A stretch of 63,137 nucleotides of DNA, the filler included, from Nemertoderma westbladi (lineage: Eukaryota > Animalia > Xenacoelomorpha), in assembly GCA_032718475.1 (NCBI GenBank). It is 4 parts of 4 records of this genome, joined end to end, with 100 filler letters (N's around TTAATTAATTAA, not from the genome) between each part and the next. Parts side by side here need not be neighbours in the genome. Positions count along the whole stretch, not along the records: positions 1 to 24,389 come from JAUCBJ010007304.1; positions 24,490 to 46,903 come from JAUCBJ010001411.1; 2 more parts are not named here. One strand, given 5' to 3'. A program made the position numbers and the translations under genes. Every line of letters starts with the position of its first letter. Within the stretch, counting starts at the first letter, position 1. Under the pieces are notes generated by a model, which was not told where the DNA came from, did not search any database, and worked only from the letters and a program-made list of their open reading frames with translations. Of this stretch, positions 24,101 to 33,290 are shown piece after piece.

Positions 24101-24389
24101 TGTAGTTTAAAGTCTCCGTTTGTCATGATTGATTCTGGCACAGTTACTGTACCAGTAGTACCTAGGCCTTATTTACGAGTGTCGTTTATTTGCTTATTTT
24201 AGGTGTTGCGTCATTGGTCCACCCCCCCCCCCCCCCCCTTTTTTTACAAATTGATAGTATGGAATCTAAGCGAAGACAAAAGAAGTTGCGCCACCCAGTT
24301 GGGTAGCACCCACCATTCCCTTTGAGGCTGTGCCATAGGTCAGGACCGACCCTTCACCTTACTGCTGTTTTTATGTACATCATAGCCTA
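18161..24389 (+). mobile_element. Gypsy-type LTR retrotransposon, apparently intact and recent; 3' LTR runs into the gap
   Basis: 5' LTR 18161-18418; PBS TGGTGGCAGC at 18419 (tRNA-Leu-like); purine tract ending 24285; 3' LTR from 24289 is identical to the 5' LTR over the 101 visible nt. Confidence 0.92.
18846..23846 (+). CDS. Gag-Pol polyprotein (Gag, protease, RT, RNase H, integrase), 1666 aa
   Basis: Protease LIDSGA; RT KTDLTSAFYQ...MGMPGS...KLADDLY; RNase H TDAAS, ELEALA, TDSKP; integrase HHCC (H..NH..CHQC) and D-D-E (AADV, RVDP, VAEH). Domain order PR-RT-RH-IN is the Gypsy order. Confidence 0.95.
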   Translation: MDRPQFKSPRLVALTKTETITTFENWRQSLLFNISLSPEFKRFTLPGTVWLPATDPDPHRGFTNDGNDVPAATRQSAAAIAHSLEIMLGFISNLAPIVARESIIRDSTSFQSIWQTIRLHYGFQQTGAQFLAFLDHKLELDERPEDLYQRLRAFIDDSLLSPEVGIRHHGIVPTQKESLGPVMENTIVVLWLHLVHPALPRLIAQRYGTNLRLDTIASIKPEISAALPSLLAELNSSEIHTMRSNVYRPSNPRPSRFQSRNGPLSGTSARFSYPQFTRPTPVNTPRTFAGQRSPPVCPFCQLAGRRHDHFLSSYKSLPVSDQRFLSSVRNVDIVDDYADPYAEYSSMPEEQCQDQYLEDCSPSINRVAVSHSPIIQLYYGTTTVDILIDSGAESDLILDTFAHSLGVKVRPNHDQVPAQADGSSRLRVVGDTIFTLERNGLQFLFRGLVVSNLSSPILAGMPFLIYNDISLHPATHSVSFSDGSTLSYRPETNKCHNPPRVRQVSTSCILRAAPQSSVVWPGDHLKVLVPPVVGSHPGVLVAPHTKSSLSRRTPSNWFAPMSLPVEDNYISIPNHSPDPIFIQRNSHVGVVTPVMESPPVSLLPGPSVPPTIRSVKVPLIDMIESVKIDPDNIMSYRERAHFHDVLKSYASVFNPQYTGYNGQSGPFEAVVNIGATLPPQRKGRVPQYSRNRLVELQARFDELEQLGVFATPESIGVNVEYLNPSFLVSKPNGGTRLVTAFTEVAKFCKPQPALLPDVNSTLRAIGQFKYLIKTDLTSAFYQIPLQKSSMRYCGVVTPFRGVRVYTRCAMGMPGSETALEELLTRVLGDLLVSGCVIKLADDLYCGGNTVDEAHSAFSQLLKALSANGLCLAASKTIICPKSTTILGWVWSQGTISASSHITSALSSCARPDTMRSLRSFIGSYKTLTRVLPRCSALIGPLDSLLTSSPHEPIQWNDESTAVFHRAQAAIQSCHTVSLTQTTDELFILTDAASSNDGLGAILYAKRDSRMLVAGYYSAKLQTHHHTWLPCELEALAISNAIKHFSPLILNSSLPTQVLTDSKPCVQAYQKMSRGIFSSSPRIFTFLATASQFRVRITHISGNSNLPADFQSRNILPCELQSCQICKFLAESEESPVVRVLPVKPVVQAHTTLAPNNSIDICPRPVYANRSAWLATQREDPELARVSSYLSYGTRPGKKDTHSRDIKRYLGCAIIASDGLLIVRHDRPFSSVRESIVVPRSSLPGLLMSLHLELNHPSRTQLRKVFLRYFFALDLDSTLDTTIRSCHQCVALSTAPPQLIPQSASNPPAVLGISFAADVFRQHRQYILLVRETLSSFTTSCEIADERSETLRNALILLTSNLVPISGPPAVIRVDPAPAFKSLDGDAFLLRHNIRLEIGNPKNINKNPVAEHAIGELKRELLRHQPAGGPFSAVVLAVCTARVNALLRSSGLSAREILFARDQNTGDQIPVSDVSLSITQRQRRDENHDASARSKTPRPRLLPSSPPIRVGDLVYLRSDDHKLHARCRYLVASIDGEWASIRKFVGTQYRTLAYRVPLHDCYSIPSISPVCNPTPSESDDDDVEVLTPVDKMGSVKPAEGHRSDGDEFTIPAPSTPSSETPLPLSRADCDEVSPIVAPPDPIPPQDAASRWPRRTRNPPKYYGYPNQ

Positions 24390-24489
24390 NNNNNNNNNNN
24401 NNNNNNNNNNNNNNNNNNNNNNNNNNNNNNNNNTTAATTAATTAANNNNNNNNNNNNNNNNNNNNNNNNNNNNNNNNNNNNNNNNNNNN
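24390..24489. other. Assembly gap with six-frame-stop linker
   Basis: 44 N + TTAATTAATTAA + 44 N. Confidence 0.97.
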
Positions 24490-25214
24490 TATCTCGAGAA
24501 CTAAAAGAGATCTCTCTGTCGTTTTCAGATTTGAAATCTCCATTAAAATCTGCTCTAGATGCAATAAAAAACAAATTTCTGAATTTTTTTAGTGGGGGGG
24601 GGGGGGGGTACCCACCCCCTTAAAGTGTCAAGGCCTTACGTCGATATTTGTCGAATTTTACCTTTTTATAGGGTAGGATCCGGATTTCAAAATTATCAAT
24701 TAAGGGAAAGGAGCAGGTTACAGTAGCACGTTATTTTAACCAAAACAATAAACTAAAGTCAATAGAACAGGTTATAGTTTTATTTTTGGGAGTTATAAAA
24801 ATGTAAAAAAAATCGACTTCCGTAGGGACAATGTTAAATGTAGAATCCGGATCCGCGTTTTACTCTGACCCCTTTTTGTACAATTCCACACTTTAACACA
24901 TGTTCTATCAGCTGATGAAGTTTTGAACACTTTCACCAATGGGAAGTGATGATTATTGCGTGGTAAAGTGAAGCCCCATATCCCAGCGGACAATATTTAC
25001 TGCAGAAAGGCCATATGCCCTATGGTGAAGTGTTGAACACTTTAACTAATGGGAAGTTATGATTATTGCGTATTAAAGTGAAATGCAACAATGCTATTGG
25101 GCAATATTTTACTGCAGAAAGGCCCTGTATCTCAATATATCTTTGATAGGCTCTCCTGGACAATTACATTTGACTTACGGCCTTATGACACTTAGGCTCC
25201 GATATTCGACTAAC

Positions 25215-25922
25215 CTTGCGTTGTCTTATGTCTCTGCGTTTCTTGTTGTCTAAAATAACCAACTCCTTCCTGAGTTTATTAACTTTTTCGTCATCTGGTT
25301 GTATATGCGATGCCCTATCGCACCACGAGATGGCGTCACTGTACCTCTCCAACTCCTTCAAACAATAGCAACACCGAATCACCGCCTTGTAATGCTGTCC
25401 GTTCAACTGTAAAGCCTTTCGTGCGTCGTTTAAGCTGCTCCGATAGTTACCAAGGTGATAATTAGCGGCTGCCCTATTGGCATAAAGCACAGTTACTAGC
25501 TGAATGTCCCTTGAGTTTTGTTTCAACCCTTCTGTGTATGAAATAATCGCCCGCCGGTTATTTTTAGATTTAAAGTATAAATTCCCTTCCTCTTTATATT
25601 TCAGCGACTTTTCCTCAGGTGTGTCGCTTTCGTCCCATTGGATGGACTGCAGGGCCAACAGGTCCGGGTATTTTTCAGGGTTGCTATCGAAATCATCCGG
25701 TAAACTGCGCATAAACGCTGGCGTTTTATCAAATTCAGCCTCCCAATTCTCAGTATCCAAGACATCCTTATTGGCTCGTGACTTGGACTTATTAACTTTC
25801 TCGTTTATAAACTCATCTAACTCTCGGTCCAGACGTTCTGCCAGTTCTGCTGGAGTTTCTACCGGCTTGTCGTCTCCAACAGCAACTACTTCGTCCCCCA
25901 TAGCAACCATTTCGTCTCCCAT
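25215..25922 (-). CDS. TTC4: TPR co-chaperone TTC4/Cns1, first coding exon; remaining exons not seen
   Basis: FDKTPAFM..LP, LLALQSI, YKEEGNLYFK, LYANRAAANYHLGNYRSSLND (three TPRs). Donor AAG|GTTAGT at 25214; the C-terminal half is absent before the gap. The ORF-track TTG start was not used. Confidence 0.85.
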
Positions 25923-27052
25923 AGCGACAATCTCAGTTTCCGCAGAAACTACTTGCGGCAAAATGGAGTCCTCGGAACCAATTCACTTCATTCACTGCAA
26001 AAAATATAAAGATGAGATGCCGATAATCCTATTATTGAAATAAATAATTACCGGGCTGAGCACTGAGCAGTGCTCATTAACGGGGCCATTGAACTGTAAA
26101 TACAATTTCAAATCATTATTCATTCAAATTTTTTAACATATAAGATACATGAAAATCAATTTATTAAATTATCTGTAAAAGTGTTGCAAAATTGAGGAAT
26201 AAATTCTGTCTATATTTTTTTGGGGGTAAACAGGTAAATCATTTATGACCTGTATGTAGCAATTCAATGCTCTGAGCCTTCTGTTACCACTATTTCGGTT
26301 TATGGTCTCTACCGTAAACCGTACACCTAGAAATACTTCAGTGGTGATCATTTCTCTCACAAGTCCGCAAGAAGACATGAATTACAATAATGATGATATA
26401 TGGCTCATTAGAGAATAATGACTCTAAGAACAATAGATCAATCAAGTCAGAATAATTATTGAGTTCCCAGAATCGAAGTAGAATTAGATTAACAAAGTAA
26501 TTAATTCGTAATTCTCTACGGTAATTCGAGCCGTTCAGGAGTCGTTGTGGAACTTCTCGACATCAATCGAAATTTACCATGATTGATTATCGCTTGAACT
26601 TAATGATAATTTCTTATTGAAAAATTGATAGACACCGATGAAGTAGAGCCAGATATTACAGTTCTGCGTTGGCGTTTACATTCCCTTCCCTGAGTTCGTT
26701 AGAAAAATTATAACAATAAACGTCATTAGAGTGAAACAAAATTTAATGTATCAATAATAGGGTCACTATTATTACACAAAAATATTGGAAAATTAATTCA
26801 TTTAATAACATTCAGTCACAAATTAAGCACAATCGTTCACATTTCAGGTAGAAAAGGTCGGCATATAAAGTAAGAAAGTAAAGAGAGAGTCAATGGTGAT
26901 TGGACGTCGTTAGGAGTAACACAATGGAAGGAGGGTGGGGAGTCATTGGAGTTCTGGAATAGATTTACAGTTGGGTCGCAATTGTGGTACTTTTAATACG
27001 GAAATGAAACGATTGCATTGGATTGGTGAGCTACGTGTTCCCATAGCAACGA

Positions 27053-27802
27053 CTACTCCGTCTCTCCGGTGGTCCGGATGTCGTCGATCTTCAGTATCAT
27101 CCTAACGACCTGGGTTGCCAAGGAGATTTGCTGCTTCTTACTGACAAGGGTCTCTATGCAGTGCTGCAGCCGCATATCGTTGGTGCCGACTCCCAGACAG
27201 TCGACCCCCAGTCGAGGGTTGCCCTCCGCGATGTGGGCCGCCTTTATGGCGGTGAGACACTCGATGGGATTCAGCCCCGAGTTCTCCGCGAGCGCTCGGG
27301 GTATCACGTCCAACGCGTCCGAGAAGGCGCGCATCGCGTACTGCTCGACCGAGGCTATTGAGTTGGACGCCGTCTCCACCGCCACCGAGCAACTTATCTC
27401 GGAGGCGCCTCCACCGTAGACTATGCGGTTGTCTCGCACCAGATTCCGGACCACACACAAGGCGTCGTGCACGCTCCTCTTGGCTTCCTCCACTATCATC
27501 TTGTTTCCGCCCCGTATAAGGATAGTGACCGCCCGGGTGTTGTAGCACTGCTCTATAACGGTCATCCGATCTCTCGTCGTGCCGAACGACATCTCCCTAA
27601 CGGTGCCGGCTGTGCCCAGCTTCTCGGCCGTTAGCTCGCTGAATCTGGGGACTATGCGGCCGCCGGTTGCTATAGCGATCAGCTCGATCTCGGGGCCTCC
27701 GACCCAACGGATGGCCGGCAATCCGTTCTGCAACAGAAGATGGTTGGCCTCGTCGTCGAATCCCCACTGACAGACAGCGAGGTTGGCCCCGGTGTCCTTC
27801 AC
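27053..27802 (-). CDS. CCT5: T-complex protein 1 epsilon, exon 2
   Basis: [25 protein letters not shown]...[11 protein letters not shown]; acceptor ..CGCAG| at 27803. Confidence 0.96.
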   Translation of the reverse strand: MKDTGANLAVCQWGFDDEANHLLLQNGLPAIRWVGGPEIELIAIATGGRIVPRFSELTAEKLGTAGTVREMSFGTTRDRMTVIEQCYNTRAVTILIRGGNKMIVEEAKRSVHDALCVVRNLVRDNRIVYGGGASEISCSVAVETASNSIASVEQYAMRAFSDALDVIPRALAENSGLNPIECLTAIKAAHIAEGNPRLGVDCLGVGTNDMRLQHCIETLVSKKQQISLATQVVRMILKIDDIRTTGETE

Positions 27803-27842
27803 CTGCGATTAATTAGCAAAATTAATAAACAGAAAAATGTAC

Positions 27843-28706
27843 CTGTCGGATTATAAACTCGTCGGACATAAACTATTGCCATAGCTGTCGGATTATAAAT
27901 TTGTCGGACATAAACTATTGCCATAGCTGACGGATTATAAACTTGTCTGACATAGGCCTAAACTATTGCCATAGCTGTCGGATTATAAACTTGTCGGACA
28001 TAAACTACTGCCATAGCTGTCGGATTATAAATTTGTCGGACATAAACTATTGCCATAGCTGACGGATTATAAACTTGTCTGACATAGGCCTAAACTACTG
28101 CCATAGCTGTCGGATTATAAACTTGTCTGACATAAACTACTGCCATAGCTGTCGGATTATTAACTTGTCTGACATAAACTACTACCACAGCTGTCGGATT
28201 ATAAACTTGTCGGACATAAACTACTGCCATAGCTTTCGGATTATAAACTTGTCGGACATAAACTACTGCCATAGCTGTCGGATTATTAACTTGTCGGACA
28301 TAAACTACTGCCATAGCTGTCGGATTATTAACTTGTCTGACATAAACTACTGCCATAGCTCTCGGATTATAAACTTGTCGGACATAAACTACTGCCATAG
28401 CTGTCGGATTATTAACTTGTCTGACATAAACTACTGCCATAGCTCTCGGATTATAAACTTGTCGGACATAAACTACTTCCATACCTGTCGGATTATAAAC
28501 TTGTCGGACATAAACTACTGCCATAGCTGTCGGATTATTAACTTGTCTGACATAAACTACTGCCATAGCTGTCGCATTATAAACTTGTCGGACATAAACT
28601 ACTGCCATAGCTGTCGGATTATAAACTTGTCGGACATAAACTACTGCCATATCTCTCGGATTATAAACTTGTCGGACATAAACTACTGCCATAGCTGTCG
28701 GATTAT
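27843..28706. repeat. 42-bp minisatellite (~20 copies) filling the single CCT5 intron (27803-28721)
   Basis: Unit CTGTCGGATTATAAACTTGTCGGACATAAACTACTGCCATAG. Confidence 0.95.
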
Positions 28707-28721
28707 GACAGACAGACATAC

Positions 28722-29585
28722 CTGTTTAATCATCTCAAGGAACTTTTCCTTCTCGTAGCCTCTCAACTCCTCGTAGTCCTCCACCGTTCCCACATCCAGA
28801 TGATGTTTCGTTTTCGGTTTGGGCGGCTCGAAGGGGCACGTTAGAATCGCGATCTTCGCGTTCTCGATAACCTTAGGCATCTGTGGATGACTCATATCTT
28901 TGTCGACCACGACGCCCCGAACCAACACGGTGTCCTCCATTCGTCCGCCGGTCTTCCCCTCAACCTTTATCAACTCGAAGTCGACGTCCTTCCTATCGAG
29001 GTCGGCAACCGATAGCACCGCATTCACCGCGATCTCCGCGAACTGTCGGTGGTGTTTCGATACGATTTTACTTCCCAACGAGGTTTTAGCAACTTGAATG
29101 AGATTCTCGGTGTTGGATTTATCGATAGCGAAGGTGTCTGCGATGGTGTCGAGATGTGCGATGGCGACCTTGGCGGCGCGTTCGTAGCCGTCGGCGATCC
29201 GGATCGGATGAATTCCGCGATCCAAGAGTGCCTCCGATGCGTCCAATAACGCTCCCGCCAGCACCACCACACCCGTTGTACCATCCCCAATCTCATCGTC
29301 CTGACTCTGCGACAACTCAACCAACAGTTTAGCTACCTGGTGTTCCACATCCATCTGTTTGAGTATAGTGGCTCCGTCGTTGGTTACGGTGACGTCACCA
29401 TCCGGACCTACCATCATCTTGTCCAATCCTTTGGGTCCCAGTGAGGTTTTCATCACGGATGTGACGGTTTTGGCCGCGAGAATGTGGGACTTATGAGCCT
29501 CGATGCCGGTGAGTCGTTTCTTCGATTCCTGATCTTTGAGTATAATGAAAGGACGGCCAAATTCGTCAACAGCAATCTGAGCCAT
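28722..29585 (-). CDS. CCT5: T-complex protein 1 epsilon, exon 1 (spliced product 537 aa)
   Basis: [48 protein letters not shown]; donor CAG|GTATGT at 28721, phase 0. Confidence 0.96.
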
Positions 29586-30442
29586 TATACAGTTATATTG
29601 CAGTAACCAGGTAACGATCGTGTGGAAGTAAAATGTCTGTTGTTAGTCTGTGGTGTAGTCCTGTAGTCTGACAGTGAGCCTACTGCAGTAAGGGGGTTTA
29701 GGTTTAGTTAGGTAGTTGGTCAGTTGGTGCAAGATCACACAAGCAAGAAATAGCAGAATAGGCTTATGAAGTTGGCAGTTGGCTATTTACCGGTACCGGT
29801 AACCTGTTATGACTGTATGAAGCAAGTCCACAATTATTATTTGCACGTGGGCAGGGTGGAGTGGTGTGGTGAGTGATTGTGATCAATGACTGTGTTCAGC
29901 AAACGAGTTAAGTAGGCCTCCCGGCCCGGTATGAGTTTCGAAATGAAATAATTACGGTACTTGATTTTCAATTTGTGATGCGAAAACTAACTAAGAGGAC
30001 GTGACCCTAACCATTGGCATTGAGTACAGCGTTCCGGAAATATCGGTGATACTGTATATTTTCATAAATTCTAAAAGAAATCTAAAATGTGGTTTTTCCC
30101 TTAAATATAAAGGCACAACAGTCCAACAGTGGTGGTTTTGTTGATTATAGTGAGAAGGCTCCTATTTTGTCGAAAGTTGTTTCTCAAAATTTTACTAAGG
30201 ACAGACAATATAATACTACTATTATTACATAGCAATAAAATACTATTATTATTACTATTTCTACAATGTCTCTCGTTGTATTTAGTCCAGCTACGGTTTA
30301 ATGGTTTGTTATACTGTAGGCCTATGTTACGTAAAGAAGACAGTAGATAAAGTATTTTTTTATAGGAAGACATCTCACTATAAACATGCAGTGTGAATAA
30401 TCTATTGTTTATTAACCTTATATTTATCTTCTAGGATCTACA

Positions 30443-30541
30443 TTAACCGTTGTCGACGGTGCTCTGGTGCTGGTGGACTGCGTCAGCGGTGTCTGCTTCC
30501 AGACGGAGACAGTCATCCGATAAGCGATAGCCGAACGCGTT
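30443..30541 (+). pseudogene. EEF2: Elongation factor 2 fragment with in-frame stop
   Basis: Translates [32 protein letters not shown]; the eEF2 consensus is [33 protein letters not shown]. Confidence 0.85.
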
Positions 30542-30899
30542 TGATTTATTATATTATGAAGTTGTTATATTATGGAGTTGCGACATCCAAATGAAGTAGT
30601 GTGAAAAATCCATCACCTGTTTTGTAAAAAAAAGGTGGGGTACTGAGGTGGGATGGTGTGACCTTTAACAGGTAATTCATCACCTATTAAAGACCCCCTA
30701 TTTTTCGTACTTCAGTAATGTTGTCCTGCGTACTGAATTACACATTATGTAGATAGATACCAGTGACTTGGGTGGGCACGCAACCATAGCCGTTGTAATT
30801 TGTCGTAATATTTATTTAAAAAAAAAAAAAATATTTATTAATATTTATTATATCAGTTGTCGTAATTTTGTATCTCTCAAGTTCAGTATCCCTTTCAAG

Positions 30900-31379
30900 C
30901 TGGTCTATTATATGTTATAGCCGGTCGTCCACGGGTACGCTTTCCATGTGTGTGGATCTAGATCTTGATGTAGATCTGGTAGGACCTTCTCCAGCAGTGC
31001 CCAATGAATCTTAATCTGCGTTCACGGAGGGTTGTTGATACAGGTGGTATTGTACCATAGAGCTCGGCGTTGGTCATGTGTTGTCTCCAGCTGATGTTTA
31101 CGGCTGCCCTTAGTAGTCTTGTGTAGCAACCATCAATTCGTTGTTCAAGTGATTTCGTCAGTGTCCAGGTCTCAACCCCCCCCCCCCCTCCCACCCCCGT
31201 ATAAAAAGTACTCTTTCTACTGTGGCTCGAAATAACTCAGTCTTCAGGTGCCTGATTTCCAGATGGTATCCATTTTTTATAGAGCTACCCAAGTGTAGTG
31301 TGAATTCCAGATCTTCACCCTTTGTGGCCGCCCTCATTGCGTAATCCAGTATAATTACAAATAGTCCTTCACTCCTCAT
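30900..31379 (-). mobile_element. Degenerate, internally deleted RTE-clade LINE fragment (second family)
   Basis: LFVIILDYAMR, ETWTLTKSLEQRIDGCYTRLLR, RRLRFIGHCWR. Confidence 0.8.
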
Positions 31380-31489
31380 CCAACATATACCAATAGTTTA
31401 ATTTTCTTGTTAATGACATTCTGACGTATTAGTTACAGTACTTATATACATTTTGTTTTTTTTGTATCAATCTTGCTTTATAATCTATA

Positions 31490-32519
31490 CTACTACTAGG
31501 ATCGGCATGCTGCATTGCAGCTGCATTTTTAAGAATGCTGTGCCGGCTTATCGACAAAATTGCACCGCCACAACTCCCTATCACCCATGACATTTGCTAG
31601 ATCATCCGCATCTTCAAGGCCAGTGTCCTTTAAGATGCGTCTCAAGAAAGTCATGGGCTGTCCACCATGCTTATTCACTCCATGAGGCTGCCAAAGTACA
31701 AGATTATGCACTGGTTGGTCCTCACGGCGAAAGCAATGTCCTGCAAAGCGGAGGCGATTTTGTTCTAGTGTCAAGCTTGGGGGAACCAATGAGACACCTC
31801 CAATGTTATATAGTGTCTGGTTGGAGATGTGTGCATTTTACTTGACACAATGAACCCGGCGTACCATTCTTGTGAATGTGCCATCCAGAGATTTGGTGTC
31901 CTCAGCAGTTAGAGCCCAGCATGGACTCCCATAGAGGAGTACTGGAACTACTGCTGCTCTAAATAATCGGACCTTAAGTTTCCGATTAATTCTCGGTGAC
32001 TTCCAAATCATGGAAGGCCTAATCAAGGCTGCCCATGCCTTTCCCTTACGTATTCGAAGGTCCTCACATGACTTCCGGATCCATGACCCCAGGTAACAGA
32101 AGTCGTCCACATGCTCAAGCATACCATCTTTTTAGCTTATGCTCATCCGATCAGAGACTTGCTGAGGACTTTCAAAGTTAACTGTCAAAATTTTGGTCTT
32201 TCTGGAGTTAATAAAAAGACCAACACTAGAAGCAGCATGTTCTAATGAGCTGAGGAGCCGTTGGGCTCCCTCTAGTAATTCTGAGAGTACTCCTAAGTCA
32301 TCAGCAAAGTCTAGATCAGTTAGGTACTTGGCAGGATTTCCTCGACTTCTGGAGCCAGTAGGTGGAGTTATCATCACCCCATCATCATTATGATGATCTA
32401 AGGACATGCGTAGAACATAGTCAACCACAATTATGAACAAGAATGTTGCAAGTGTGTCTCCCTGGAGGACGCCCCATAACACTTCAAATGGTTCTGTGTC
32501 ACCGTCAACAATCTAATAA
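31490..32519 (-). mobile_element. 5'-truncated RTE-clade LINE with frameshifts
   Basis: GVLQGDTLA, DLDFADD, RLRFAGHC; (TAG)n tail; 12-bp TSD TTATAATCTATA at 31478-31489 and 32520-32531; near-identical to 49808-50892. Confidence 0.92.
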
Positions 32520-33290
32520 TTATAATCTATAGTATATTTCGATGGACTGGTGCGATTGGAATTATTTACTCGTACTCCAGCATATCGGTAGATGGATGAC
32601 CTTTGACCTTTGTGGACTTTAGGAAAGCATTCTACTCAATCCATCTGTAGAGGTAAGTGATGGAAATCGTATGATCTCATTGCATTGAATTGTTATACTA
32701 GAAAGCTGGCTGGAAGGAGCCCGGGGAAGAATCCTATTTACAAGACTATTACAAAATAAACCTTGTCGGTCAGCAGTAAGTAAACTAAACAATTGTCTAA
32801 ACTATAAGGCGTGGGCTAGCTGACTTTGTGGCTCGTCCACATTATAAAAATAGGAAACTTTGCTATGACAACACACCGTTCTTTTAAATTTGCGTGATTT
32901 GATTTTTATGCTCGCACCACTATTTGTAAGAAATGTTAAAACTTATCTTTTACAGTATGCCAATGTAGTAATGGTATTAAAATACAATTAAATTAATTTA
33001 CACTATTAATGCTTCAGATAAAAAATGATGCTAATCCTATGTAATAAAAACAATAAGAATATTATTTTTATGAACTTTCTACATATATCCTATACAAAAT
33101 AATCAGCCCAATGATTCGTTGAATAATAATATAATCCTACTGCAGTTGTATATTTTATTTTGTTTATTAATACATATTACACTGCCTACTGCCTGTCTGT
33201 CTGTGTTCATGCTTACATAGTATTGGATTGCCTGTATATTTCGCCCACGGACGCCAGTGGCCAACCTGTTTCTGTGGTGTATTGTTTGGG

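Noticed and set aside
24434-24445. TTAATTAATTAA palindrome recurring in all three gaps
   Set aside because: Synthetic six-frame-stop linker from assembly. It also means adjacency across the gaps is unproven.
24913-25125. Two ~110-bp tandem units with TGATGA motifs as C/D snoRNAs
   Set aside because: Antisense to the TTC4 intron, with no properly placed D box or terminal stem; a simple tandem duplication.
28075-28758. 227-aa and 209-aa repeat ORFs
   Set aside because: By-products of a stop-free 42-bp minisatellite inside the CCT5 intron.
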